A stretch of DNA of 64,000 nt from Alphaproteobacteria bacterium (GTDB lineage: Bacteria > Pseudomonadota > Alphaproteobacteria > RF32 > CAG-239): the NCBI GenBank assembly GCA_047975765.1, contig JBKEEF010000012.1:210995-274994 (forward strand), written 5' to 3'. Numbering within the stretch: position 1 is the stretch's first letter; every line of letters starts with the position of its first letter. Positions 48,642 to 57,968 of this stretch are shown piece after piece. Under the pieces are notes generated by a model. That model made no database searches and was not told the DNA's origin. It saw only the letters and a list, made by a program, of their open reading frames with translations. Made by a program: the position numbers and the translations under genes.

Positions 48642-49001
48642 ATGGATGAAGAAGACAGCATGTATGAAAAAAGTGATGAATCATTTGAACTCTACGGAAA
48701 ATATAAAGATGCACCTTCTTTTAATAAAATTCGCATAGGACTTTTAGAAAAAGAACTCGGCGATTTAGAAACTAAAGCAAGCGAAGAAAACAAGCAAATT
48801 CGCCTAGAAAAAATGCGAGATCTCTATAAGCTCTATAAAGCAGAAGGAATGAAAAAAGAAGAAAATGCCATTATAAAAAGAGGAAAAGTTCTTGCGGGAA
48901 TTACAAAAGATAAAAAGGAAAAAAGACCTTCTTCTAGAAAGAAACCTTTGAGTGATGCTCAAAGACAGTGGCTTGCTAAACAGGCTTACCTATATAAATA
49001 A
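48642..49001 (+). CDS. Hypothetical charged helical protein
   Basis: SD aagggg; ORF ends at hairpin 49021-49053. Confidence 0.65.
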   Translation: MDEEDSMYEKSDESFELYGKYKDAPSFNKIRIGLLEKELGDLETKASEENKQIRLEKMRDLYKLYKAEGMKKEENAIIKRGKVLAGITKDKKEKRPSSRKKPLSDAQRQWLAKQAYLYK

Positions 49002-49020
49002 TTATCTCTGTACAGACTAC

Positions 49021-49053
49021 AAAAAAGACATTTCCAAGGAAATGTCTTTTTTT
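49021..49053 (+). terminator. Terminator
   Basis: aaaaagacatttcc/ggaaatgtcttttt. Confidence 0.8.
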
Positions 49054-49155
49054 AAGGTCACAATATTTTATTTAAGCCTTGATTTTTTTATGCAAAAGTC
49101 ATAAATAAGAAGCAAGTTAAATAAAGCCGAATAAGAAATTAAGAGACTGAAAAAT

Positions 49156-50307
49156 ATGAATATGGAAATGGACTATTACCAAGCATTGGAAGTCGACAGA
49201 AATGCCGACGGAGAAACCATCAAAAAATCTTACCGCAAACTTGCAATGAAATATCATCCTGATAGGAATGCAGGAGATAAAGAAGCTGAAGAAAAGTTTA
49301 AATATATCAATGAAGCTTATGATGTTTTGAAAGATGAACAGAAAAAAGCAGCCTATGACCGCTATGGACATAAAGCTTACAAACAAAGTGGTGGTTCAGG
49401 TGGTGGAAACCCTTTTGGTGGTGGGTTTGAATTCAACTTTGGTACAGGCGGTTTTTCAGATATTTTTTCTGACATTTTCTCAGAATTTATGGGTAATGGT
49501 CAAAGAGGCAGAAGTTCAGCTCAAAGAGGTGATGACTTACACCAGGGCGTTTCTATCTCTCTTGAAGAAGCATATCTTGGCGTTGAAAAAGAAATTAAAA
49601 TCAACAAAACAGAAACCTGTTCAGATTGTCATGGACATGGCACTAAAGATGGCAAAGAAGCTCCTGTTTGTGAACATTGCCACGGCAATGGAAAAATTCG
49701 TGTACAACGAGGTTTTTTCGTTATGGAAGAAGTTTGTCCTCACTGTAAAGGTTCTGGCAAAAATATCAAAGAAGCTTGCCCAAAATGTCGAGGCAAAGGA
49801 ACAACCAACATTCAAAAGACACTTAAAATTAAAATTCCTGCCGGCATTGATAATGGTTCGAGAATCCGCATCACTGATGAAGGTAATGCTGGTACCAGAG
49901 GTGGTTCAAATGGGGATTTCTATGTTTTTGTTGATGTAAAAAAACATAAACTCTATGAAAGAGAAAACAAAAATCTATATACCGAAATGCCTGTTTCTAT
50001 GGCACATGCTGCTTTGGGACAAGAAATTGAACTTCCTGGGATTGATGGTGAGAAAATTTCGATCGAAATTCCAACGGGTTCTCAACATGGCTCACAAATC
50101 AGAATCAAAAATAAAGGTATGCCTCAACTACAATCACAAAACCGTGGTGATTTATATATCATTCTCAAAGTTGAAGTTCCTAAAAAGATGACAGTACGGC
50201 AAAAAGAACTTTTAGAAGAGTTCCAATCAATTAGTGATGAAAACTCTCACCCGCAAGAAAAAAGTTTTATGGATAAAGTCAAAGAGATCTTTGCTAAAGT
50301 TTCATAA
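49156..50307 (+). CDS. dnaJ: Molecular chaperone DnaJ
   Basis: J domain with HPD, G/F region, four CxxCxGxG motifs. Confidence 0.98.
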   Translation: MNMEMDYYQALEVDRNADGETIKKSYRKLAMKYHPDRNAGDKEAEEKFKYINEAYDVLKDEQKKAAYDRYGHKAYKQSGGSGGGNPFGGGFEFNFGTGGFSDIFSDIFSEFMGNGQRGRSSAQRGDDLHQGVSISLEEAYLGVEKEIKINKTETCSDCHGHGTKDGKEAPVCEHCHGNGKIRVQRGFFVMEEVCPHCKGSGKNIKEACPKCRGKGTTNIQKTLKIKIPAGIDNGSRIRITDEGNAGTRGGSNGDFYVFVDVKKHKLYERENKNLYTEMPVSMAHAALGQEIELPGIDGEKISIEIPTGSQHGSQIRIKNKGMPQLQSQNRGDLYIILKVEVPKKMTVRQKELLEEFQSISDENSHPQEKSFMDKVKEIFAKVS

Positions 50308-50319
50308 ATTTTTCAAATT

Positions 50320-50347
50320 AAAAGCCTCTAAATTTAGAGGCTTTTTT
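50320..50347. terminator. Bidirectional terminator
   Basis: aaaagcctcta/tagaggctttt. Confidence 0.8.
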
Positions 50348-50350
50348 GTT

Positions 50351-51967
50351 TTATGAGTTTGTTTTTCCTTTTATATTGAAAGCCGCAAATGTTCTTGACC
50401 CTAAATCTCCATTGCCTACAATTTTTTCAGCATGATCAATAGAAATAGCTTGTTTCAAACTTTTATCTGATTTGAATTCCCCAATATAATTTTCAGCGCG
50501 CGTGATGATTCCTTTGAATTTATCCACTCTTCCATCATTCATAAATGCTAGTCTTTCTTCAGCAAATTTATCATAAAAACTTTTCAGTTCAGAATTTGTG
50601 CAAGCATTGAGATAATCTGCTTTTTTTTCCCATGACTTAAGACTTTTATTAGAAGTTTTTTGAGTTCTATTTTTCTCAACTTCCTTAATCCCTGCTTCAA
50701 AGAACTTTTTAAATGTTTTAGGCTTATGATTATAAGATGCATCAAAAAGCATTTTGGCAACGGATTCATTTTCAATTTTATGAGATGAAAATTCTTCATA
50801 AAAATATTCAACAACTTTCACACTTTGCGCTTCTGTCAGATGTTTAACATCGCTTGGGAATTTTCCATATTTTTCAGGAAATCTTTTCTTTAAACTCTTC
50901 AAAAGTGGATTGGTTACCCCAAAATTGGTTGCTTGATCAATTACAGCAACTTTTTCGCCTTTTGCTCTTAGAGCTGCTGCTTCTTTTGCTGTTGTGCCAT
51001 AACCGCCTTCTTTGGCAAAAGTTTCTTGAACTATTTTTTCAAATCTTTCTTGTTTATTGACTTCAAGATGTGCCGAAATGTTTTGAAGCTTGATATCAGA
51101 CAGATTCAAAGGAGAAACTTTAAGCATCTCAATTTTTGGTGTCTCAATTTTTGCAATTGTTGGATTTTGAACTTCTGCTTTCTGTTCTTTTTTCTCAGCT
51201 AATTTTGCGCGAACTTCTTGTTTCTTCTTCGCAACTTCAACTTTAGGAGAAACAGCCATTTTTTTGGCTTCCTCAAAAGAAACTACAATTTCTGGCTTCA
51301 GTTTTTTTTCAGTCTTCGCCTGAACAGTTTCAACTCTGTTCTCATTTTGAGAAACAACTTCCGTTTTTGCAGACTTTCCTCCAAATGCAAGGAAACCGAG
51401 AATTGTTAAGCCTGCTGCCACACCTGCTAATTCTTTTTTTCTTTTTTGATAAAAATCTGCCTTAATCTTTTTAACCTCAGCCACTTCTTTTTCAGGACTT
51501 TTTTCTTTACGAATTCCTTTATCAATCAAACTTTGTTCAATAATTTCATAAAGTTCAAGTGCATCTTCAATGATTTGATCTACTTGTTTTTCATAGGGTA
51601 AGTTTCTATTTTTATAAAGTACGGGAATTTGAATTCCAGTCACGTCGACTGTTCTCATTCTTTCGCCATGTGCTTTATATTCATTTTCAATTGATTTTTT
51701 ATAGCCCTCGTCATAATCAAAAATATCTGATACAAAATTATCGAAAGCCACATCAATGGTTTTTGCATTTTTGACATATCTGTATGGAAGAACAATATAT
51801 TCTGCAAATTCACGAGTCTCATCCAAAGAAACTTCTTCATTTGTCATGTCTTTATAGATATAGGAACTGCCTAAAGTTGCTTCGCAAACAACAGCCACTT
51901 CATTCACCCAAGGCTGATTATTTTGCTTATATTCATCAATAAGGTGTTTTTGAATGTCTTCGAGCAT
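50351..51967 (-). CDS. Membrane-anchored protein with C-terminal glycoside hydrolase 108 (lysozyme-like) domain
   Basis: TM at aa ~180-197; FAKEGGY, D..TNFGVT, DVKHLT, LFDASYNH, RLAF, GIITR. Confidence 0.75.
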   Translation of the reverse strand: MLEDIQKHLIDEYKQNNQPWVNEVAVVCEATLGSSYIYKDMTNEEVSLDETREFAEYIVLPYRYVKNAKTIDVAFDNFVSDIFDYDEGYKKSIENEYKAHGERMRTVDVTGIQIPVLYKNRNLPYEKQVDQIIEDALELYEIIEQSLIDKGIRKEKSPEKEVAEVKKIKADFYQKRKKELAGVAAGLTILGFLAFGGKSAKTEVVSQNENRVETVQAKTEKKLKPEIVVSFEEAKKMAVSPKVEVAKKKQEVRAKLAEKKEQKAEVQNPTIAKIETPKIEMLKVSPLNLSDIKLQNISAHLEVNKQERFEKIVQETFAKEGGYGTTAKEAAALRAKGEKVAVIDQATNFGVTNPLLKSLKKRFPEKYGKFPSDVKHLTEAQSVKVVEYFYEEFSSHKIENESVAKMLFDASYNHKPKTFKKFFEAGIKEVEKNRTQKTSNKSLKSWEKKADYLNACTNSELKSFYDKFAEERLAFMNDGRVDKFKGIITRAENYIGEFKSDKSLKQAISIDHAEKIVGNGDLGSRTFAAFNIKGKTNS

Positions 51968-52001
51968 TTCTATTTCCTAAATGAATTTTTCTATAACACA
52001 A

Positions 52002-52030
52002 ATCATACTGTTTTTTTGTTTATTTGTCTA
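52002..52030 (-). promoter_or_regulatory. Candidate promoter of GH108 gene
   Basis: TAGACA-17-TATGAT. Confidence 0.5.
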
Positions 52031-52127
52031 TATTTTAATTATTAAGGTTCTTAGCCAAATATCAGTATTGATATTTTTTTAATATTAATTATCTAGAATA
52101 GAAATAAAGATATCAGGAGACTATGAA

Positions 52128-52439
52128 ATGAAAAAAGCTTTTCTAATTTTATCAATGACAATTCTTTGTGCTTGTAGCACAATTGACAACTTCAAAGGAA
52201 AAAACAAATTTGAGTATCAATGTGGCACACAGGAGGCTCAATTTGTGACTTCTAGAGGTGAAGAGGCTCTTCTCATCTTTAATGAAAACAAATATCTCCT
52301 CAAACAAACCATTTCTGCTTCTGGTGCAAAGTACATTAATGAAGATGAAAATGTGATTTTTTGGAGCAAAGGAAATGAAGCTTCTCTTGAAATAAATAAT
52401 GTTATCTTGCCAAAATGTATTGAAGAAACAATCTCATAA
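52128..52439 (+). CDS. mliC: MliC family lysozyme-inhibitor lipoprotein
   Basis: Lipobox LCAC; YQC...SASGAKY...FWSKGNEA...C signature; SD aggag. Confidence 0.9.
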   Translation: MKKAFLILSMTILCACSTIDNFKGKNKFEYQCGTQEAQFVTSRGEEALLIFNENKYLLKQTISASGAKYINEDENVIFWSKGNEASLEINNVILPKCIEETIS

Positions 52440-52451
52440 ACTTATATTTAT

Positions 52452-52480
52452 TTGACAAAAAAATGAATTGATGATAGATT
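52452..52480 (+). promoter_or_regulatory. Candidate sigma70 promoter
   Basis: TTGACA-17-TAGATT upstream of 52513. Confidence 0.6.
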
Positions 52481-52512
52481 GAAAGTCTAAATCAATTATT
52501 ATATAAATTTTT

Positions 52513-53025
52513 ATGAATATGAAAAATATAAAATCAATTCTTTTGTTTTTATGCGTTGCTTTTGCTTTTTGCTCTTGCAAGTCAACTCAGAATCCAGAAA
52601 AATCCGTTGACACATTGTCTGCAACAACTGTTTCTTCCTCGGGAGAATATACTGTTGAAGATTTTAAAAAGATGGATAATGTTCTTGACGTTGATTTTCG
52701 TGGAAACGACCTTTTTGCTGTCAACAAATATTCGGAAGGATGGCAGTTGTACAACAAAAAAGGGCAAGTTGTTCTTCCTGCTGGTTACTATTCTAATAAT
52801 TTTTGCGACTTAGTGAAGATTAAAGGAGGTATCTATATCAGGGTTAATACTTTCAACAAAGAAGCAAACACGACAACTTATCTTTACTTCCAAGATGGAA
52901 AAGAAATTAAAGAAGTCGGTGGCAAAGCAATTGACAAGATGAATGAAGATGAAATTGTCTTCTTTGACCGGATATCCGATCGCGAAGAAGATCTTGATTG
53001 CGATACCGAAGATGTATATCTTTAG
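52513..53025 (+). CDS. Lipoprotein with WG-repeat-like segment
   Basis: Lipobox FCSC; GWQLYNKKGQVVLP; second ATG at 52519 possible. Confidence 0.75.
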   Translation: MNMKNIKSILLFLCVAFAFCSCKSTQNPEKSVDTLSATTVSSSGEYTVEDFKKMDNVLDVDFRGNDLFAVNKYSEGWQLYNKKGQVVLPAGYYSNNFCDLVKIKGGIYIRVNTFNKEANTTTYLYFQDGKEIKEVGGKAIDKMNEDEIVFFDRISDREEDLDCDTEDVYL

Positions 53026-53028
53026 TAT

Positions 53029-53067
53029 AAAAAACAGTTTTCCTTACATAAGGGAGGCTGTTTTTTT
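53029..53067 (+). terminator. Terminator
   Basis: aaacagttttcctta/taagggaggctgttttttt with G-U pairs. Confidence 0.7.
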
Positions 53068-53105
53068 GTTTTAAAAGGATTATATTTGTGCAAAGGAGAA
53101 AAAAT

Positions 53106-53495
53106 ATGAAACATCAAATTTTGGGCTTTTTAACTTTTTTTCTGTTCAGCTCTTTTGCTTATGCTGATACAATCCAGTGTGATGGTTATGGTGAATGTCT
53201 TGGATATACAACCGAAGGGCAAAGAATTATCATCCACAAAGAAGATGGCTTGATAACAGGATATATTGGTGATGAACGTGTTGATGTCTATCAAGATAGT
53301 GAAGGCAATGTTACCGGAACTGTTGGAGGCAGATCTGTAAATGCTCACATAGATGCCAATGGAAACATCACAGGTTTATCGGGATCAAACACCATTAACA
53401 TTCAAAATGGTGGCGACGGTTTAGCCCATGGGACAATCGGAAATGCCCCAATCAATGCCTATGAAAATGGTGACACAGTTACAACTGCCGAATAG
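53106..53495 (+). CDS. Secreted Gly-rich beta-hairpin repeat protein
   Basis: Signal peptide ending AYA; ~19-aa repeats GxxG...D..G.IT; SD aggag. Confidence 0.75.
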   Translation: MKHQILGFLTFFLFSSFAYADTIQCDGYGECLGYTTEGQRIIIHKEDGLITGYIGDERVDVYQDSEGNVTGTVGGRSVNAHIDANGNITGLSGSNTINIQNGGDGLAHGTIGNAPINAYENGDTVTTAE

Positions 53496-53507
53496 CCAGT
53501 TATCTAA

Positions 53508-54863
53508 TTATTTTTCTTCTAAAGCAGCAACGACCTGTTCTGTCACCTTTTTTGCGTCACCATAGAGCATTGTCGTATTATCCATATAAAACAATGGATT
53601 ATCTACACCCGAATAGCCTGAATTAAGAGACCTTTTTACAAAGAAAACCGTTTTAGCTTTTTCAACTTCAAGAATTGGCATTCCAAAAATTGGAGAACTC
53701 GAATCTGTTTTAGCTAAAGGGTTTGTTACGTCATTTGCACCAATCACATAAGCTACATCTGCTGTTGAAAATTCACGATTGATATCTTCCAATTCATAAA
53801 CTTGTTCATAAGGCACATTTGCTTCCGCCAAAAGGACATTCATATGTCCTGGCATTCTTCCCGCAACAGGGTGGATGGCAAACTTAATTTCAACACCATT
53901 CTTGGATAAAATTTCAGACATATCTTCAACAATGTGCTGAGCCTGTGCTACCGCCATTCCATACCCTGGTACAATAATAACTTTTGAAGCATTTTTCATA
54001 ATGAAAGCTGCATCTTCAGGACTTCCCGTTTGAGCATATTTTTCTTCTTCATCTTTTTGTGAAGATTTTTTTCCACTTCCCATTCCGCCAAATAGAATAT
54101 TTAAAAGAGAACGATTCATGGCTTTGCTCATGATGTAAGATAAAATTGCTCCACTCGCTCCAATAATGGCACCCACAATAATCAATAAAACACTATTGAG
54201 TGAGAAACCAATTGCAACAGCAGCCCAACCTGTATATGAGTTAAGAATAGAAATAATTACTGGCATATCTGCGCCACCAATTGGAAGAAAGACCAACAAA
54301 CCAAGAAGTAAAGCAAGTCCTGTCACAATATAAAAAAGTTTTATATCCCCACTAAGTGCAAAGCGTGTTGTTAGAAAAATTATACCTAACAGCAAGCAAA
54401 GATTTATCGTTTTTTGGAAATAAAATTTGACGGCTTTAGGAGAAACCAATCCTTGTAATTTTGCAAAAGCCATAGCAGAACCAGAAGCTGCAACACCCCC
54501 TATAATCAAACCAAGAGAAGAGGAAATATAAGTGCTTGCTCCTGCTCTCATTTCTGAAATAGAAACCAAAATTGCAACAGCACTTCCAATTCCGTGCAAA
54601 GCTGCAACCATCTGCGGCAAAGCAGTCATTTTCACTTTCATTGCCATATAAATACCAACGAGACCACCTGCAATAAGAGCAACAATGACCCATAAATACT
54701 CTCTATTCTCAGACAAACTCATTGTTGTTACAATTGTGAGTATCATAGCAAGCATACCAAAGATATTTCCTCTTCTGGCAGTTTTAGGAGAAGAAAGACC
54801 TCTAATTGAGAGAATAAATAAAATGCTAGCAAAAAGATAAGAAAAAGAAGAAATATTTATCAT
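53508..54863 (-). CDS. pntB: NAD(P) transhydrogenase beta subunit
   Basis: [62 protein letters not shown]. Confidence 0.97.
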   Translation of the reverse strand: MINISSFSYLFASILFILSIRGLSSPKTARRGNIFGMLAMILTIVTTMSLSENREYLWVIVALIAGGLVGIYMAMKVKMTALPQMVAALHGIGSAVAILVSISEMRAGASTYISSSLGLIIGGVAASGSAMAFAKLQGLVSPKAVKFYFQKTINLCLLLGIIFLTTRFALSGDIKLFYIVTGLALLLGLLVFLPIGGADMPVIISILNSYTGWAAVAIGFSLNSVLLIIVGAIIGASGAILSYIMSKAMNRSLLNILFGGMGSGKKSSQKDEEEKYAQTGSPEDAAFIMKNASKVIIVPGYGMAVAQAQHIVEDMSEILSKNGVEIKFAIHPVAGRMPGHMNVLLAEANVPYEQVYELEDINREFSTADVAYVIGANDVTNPLAKTDSSSPIFGMPILEVEKAKTVFFVKRSLNSGYSGVDNPLFYMDNTTMLYGDAKKVTEQVVAALEEK

Positions 54864-55156
54864 TTCTTTTCTCCTGATTTTTTCTTAAACATCAGGAGCA
54901 TTCTGTGTGTAACAACAAATCCGCCGAATATGTTAATTGCCGCTAAGAAAATTGAAATCAAACCCAACAGTCTATTTTCTGGTGTAATTTCCTTTGCCCC
55001 AATGACAATTAAAGCACCCACGATGACAATTCCAGAAATAGCATTTGTCACACTCATCAAAGGTGAGTGCAAAGCAGGTGTCACACCCCAAACAACAAAA
55101 TAGCCTACGAAACAAGCCAACATCAAGATGGTAAGCAAAGTCCATATATCGACCAT
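54860..55156 (-). CDS. pntAB: NAD(P) transhydrogenase alpha subunit, part 2
   Basis: [31 protein letters not shown]. Confidence 0.96.
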   Translation of the reverse strand: MVDIWTLLTILMLACFVGYFVVWGVTPALHSPLMSVTNAISGIVIVGALIVIGAKEITPENRLLGLISIFLAAINIFGGFVVTHRMLLMFKKKSGEKK

Positions 55157-56251
55157 TTATTTTTCTCCTTTACAGCAAAGACACGTTTTTTCAACAATTT
55201 CATCAGAAAAATTAAATTGAAATGTTTTGCTTTCTTTCTGATACATTGGAATTAAAAAATTTAATACATTTTGGGCGAAAAGTTTGCTTGCAGAAGCTGA
55301 AAGTTTTGAAGCTAAATTACTTTCTCCAAAAACTTTAATACCTCCAAATTTAACACATTTTCCGTTAACTGAACCTTCAATATTTCCACCAAACTCTGCC
55401 GCCATATCCATAGCAATGCTTCCAGACGGCATAAGTGTCAGCATTTCTTTTGTGACAAGGACAGGAGCTTTTTTATTTGGAATAAGTGCCGTTGTGATAA
55501 GCACATCTGTTTTTTTCAATTGTTCTGCTACTGCTTCATTTTGTTTCTTTTGATAATCCGCTGACGTTTCTTTGGCATATCCACCTGTTGTTTCCAAAAC
55601 CTCATCACTTTTGACTTCAACAAATTTTCCGCCCAAAGATTCAACTTGCTCTTTGACTTGGGGACGAACATCTGAAGCAAACACAATACCGCCCAATCGT
55701 TTAGCTGTTGCAATTGCTTGAAGACCAGCAACCCCTGCTCCTAAGATTAGGAATCGGATTGGCGCGACTGTTCCAGCAGCAGTCATCATTAAAGGAACAG
55801 CTTTGTTTAGTTCTGCGACAGCATCTATGACAGCTCTATATCCCGCCAAATTACTTTGCGACGAAAGAATATCCATAGACTGCGCTCGTGAAATTCTTGG
55901 CACCAAATTGAGTGCAAAACAAGTTATATTTTTCTTTTTCAAAACTTCAATTTTATCTGTGTCAAAGGTATAATCAAAATTTGCAATAATCACACTATCT
56001 TTTTTGATTTTAGAGATTTCTTCATCCAGAGGTGCCCAAATTTTGAGAATAATATCACCATATTCATATACATCTTCAACAACCTGCACCCCAATTTCTG
56101 AAAATTGTTCATCTTCAATACCAGAAAGAACACCAGCCTTTTTTTCAACATAAACTTCAAAGCCCATTTTTATATATTTTTGAGCTGTTTCTAAACTGAG
56201 CGCAATTCTTTGCTCATCTTTTCTTCTTTCTCGAGGTATGGCAATTTTCAT
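55157..56251 (-). CDS. pntAA: NAD(P) transhydrogenase alpha subunit, part 1
   Basis: PRISRAQSMDILSSQ, GAGVAGLQAIA, DVR, GGYAKE, TTALIP, GGN. Confidence 0.96.
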   Translation of the reverse strand: MKIAIPRERRKDEQRIALSLETAQKYIKMGFEVYVEKKAGVLSGIEDEQFSEIGVQVVEDVYEYGDIILKIWAPLDEEISKIKKDSVIIANFDYTFDTDKIEVLKKKNITCFALNLVPRISRAQSMDILSSQSNLAGYRAVIDAVAELNKAVPLMMTAAGTVAPIRFLILGAGVAGLQAIATAKRLGGIVFASDVRPQVKEQVESLGGKFVEVKSDEVLETTGGYAKETSADYQKKQNEAVAEQLKKTDVLITTALIPNKKAPVLVTKEMLTLMPSGSIAMDMAAEFGGNIEGSVNGKCVKFGGIKVFGESNLASKLSASASKLFAQNVLNFLIPMYQKESKTFQFNFSDEIVEKTCLCCKGEK

Positions 56252-56436
56252 TTTTCATCCCTTATTATTATTTATTTATCTAATATAATTTTTTTCACTA
56301 GAGATAACAACTCCTTTCTCATAAAAATGAGAATAATTCCTTCTTTACTAAATATAATCAGAATATTGATTGATTTTTGCTCCTATATGGGATTAATATG
56401 TCTTTGTTTAATAAATAATGTGAAAATTAGGAAAAA

Positions 56437-56988
56437 ATGAAGCTTCTTTTTGAAATTTTTTGGTCTTTTTTTAAAGTGACCATATCAAGCTTTGGTGGAG
56501 GGTATGTTCTGATCCCTCTTCTTCAAGAAGAAATTGTCCGCAAAAGAAAGTGGATTAATGAAGATGATCTCATCAATTATTACGCCTTAGGACAATGCAC
56601 CCCTGGTATCATCAGTATGAACGTTGCAATGTTCACAGGTTATAAAGTTAAAGGAATGTCTGGCTCTCTTGTAGGTGCTTTTGCAGTGAGTTGCCCATGT
56701 ATAATTTTCATAAGCCTCGTATTTCTGCTTCTTAAAGACTATTTTGACAATGAATATGTTAAATATGCAATTAATGGCGTGAAAGTTTTTATGATTGCCC
56801 TTATTTTTCACACGATCATTGATTTATATAAAAAAGCAGTGAAAGGTAAAAGAGGAATCACAATTTTCTTGTTTGCCTGCGCTTTAATATATCTTCTCAA
56901 TTTAGATGTTGCATGGGTTATTGTTGTTTCAGGTTTTGCCGGCTATCTCATTAATCTGAAAAAAATTGCAGAGTTGATGAACAAATGA
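56437..56988 (+). CDS. Short-chain chromate transporter (CHR), half 1
   Basis: SFGGGY, QCTPG, FTGYK. Confidence 0.92.
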   Translation: MKLLFEIFWSFFKVTISSFGGGYVLIPLLQEEIVRKRKWINEDDLINYYALGQCTPGIISMNVAMFTGYKVKGMSGSLVGAFAVSCPCIIFISLVFLLLKDYFDNEYVKYAINGVKVFMIALIFHTIIDLYKKAVKGKRGITIFLFACALIYLLNLDVAWVIVVSGFAGYLINLKKIAELMNK

Positions 56989-57506
56989 ATATATATTTTT
57001 TGATATTTTTAGAATTTTGTAAAATTGGCATCTTAGCTTTCGGCGGCGGTTTAGTGACTATTCCCTTTTTGTTGGATTTAAGCGAAACATATCAGTGGTT
57101 TAGTGGCGAACAACTGGCAGAGATGATTGCTATTTCTCAATCCATCCCAGGACCGATTGGAAATAATGTGGCGATGTTTGCCGGTTATACAACAGCCGGA
57201 TTCTGGGGAGGCGTCCTCGCTATTGCTGGATTAACTGTTCCTGCTTACATCATTGTTGCAGTCTTTTCAAAATATATTGAAAAATATTATAACCATAAAA
57301 TAGTACAAGATTCATTATTTGGTATGAGAGCTGCAAGTGTTGCCCTAATTCTTGCGGCGGGAATCGATATTGCTAAGATTTCTATTCTGGATATAAAATC
57401 TCTGATTATGCTCATTGCCTCTTTTATCTTTATTCATTTTGTTAAGGCTAATATCTTCATCTATATCATAGGCTCTGCTATTATAGGTATTCTTTTTAAG
57501 CTATGA
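56985..57506 (+). CDS. Short-chain chromate transporter (CHR), half 2
   Basis: AFGGGL, SQSIPGPIG, FAGY; ATGA overlap with half 1. Confidence 0.92.
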   Translation: MNIYFLIFLEFCKIGILAFGGGLVTIPFLLDLSETYQWFSGEQLAEMIAISQSIPGPIGNNVAMFAGYTTAGFWGGVLAIAGLTVPAYIIVAVFSKYIEKYYNHKIVQDSLFGMRAASVALILAAGIDIAKISILDIKSLIMLIASFIFIHFVKANIFIYIIGSAIIGILFKL

Positions 57507-57509
57507 TAG

Positions 57510-57538
57510 AAAAACCTCTCTTTTCAGAGAGGCTTTTT
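57510..57538. terminator. Bidirectional terminator
   Basis: aaaacctctc/gagaggcttttt. Confidence 0.7.
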
Positions 57539-57545
57539 GTTATAA

Positions 57546-57800
57546 CTATACATCTAATGCTTTGCGATATGTATCAAGCAAGAACTCTTGTTCGTCTCTA
57601 TCCGCTGCATTCATTTTGCGAAGTTTCAAAATCATTCGCATAATTTTCACATCAAAGCCAGCTGATTTAGCTTCAGCAAAGATATCTCTAACATCAGAAC
57701 TTAAAGCTTTCTTTTCTTCTTCGAGTCTTTCCACTCTTTCAATCAAAGATTTCAATCTATCAACGGCAATTCCGCCAACTTCAGCAGTTGTCTCAGTCAT
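57546..57800 (-). CDS. gapR: Nucleoid-associated protein GapR (DUF2312)
   Basis: DRLKSLIERVERLEEEKKAL..D..DIFAEAKSAGFDVK..R.ILKLRK; SD aaggag. Confidence 0.93.
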   Translation of the reverse strand: MTETTAEVGGIAVDRLKSLIERVERLEEEKKALSSDVRDIFAEAKSAGFDVKIMRMILKLRKMNAADRDEQEFLLDTYRKALDV

Positions 57801-57968
57801 TCTATTTCTCCTTAAATTTTGCTAAAAAGAAAATATCAAAGCCTTGTCTTTTTTACAAGTGCAAAATGGAAATATTTTTTTCTATGATTATATTTAAAAG
57901 AAATTCCTTTTTAATCTTTTATCTGCTATAATTCGCAACGAATTTATTTTATATTTAAGGATATCATA

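Noticed and set aside
49156-50307. dnaJ without adjacent dnaK
   Set aside because: Separation of dnaJ from dnaK occurs in many bacteria; nothing further in the window supports a special role.
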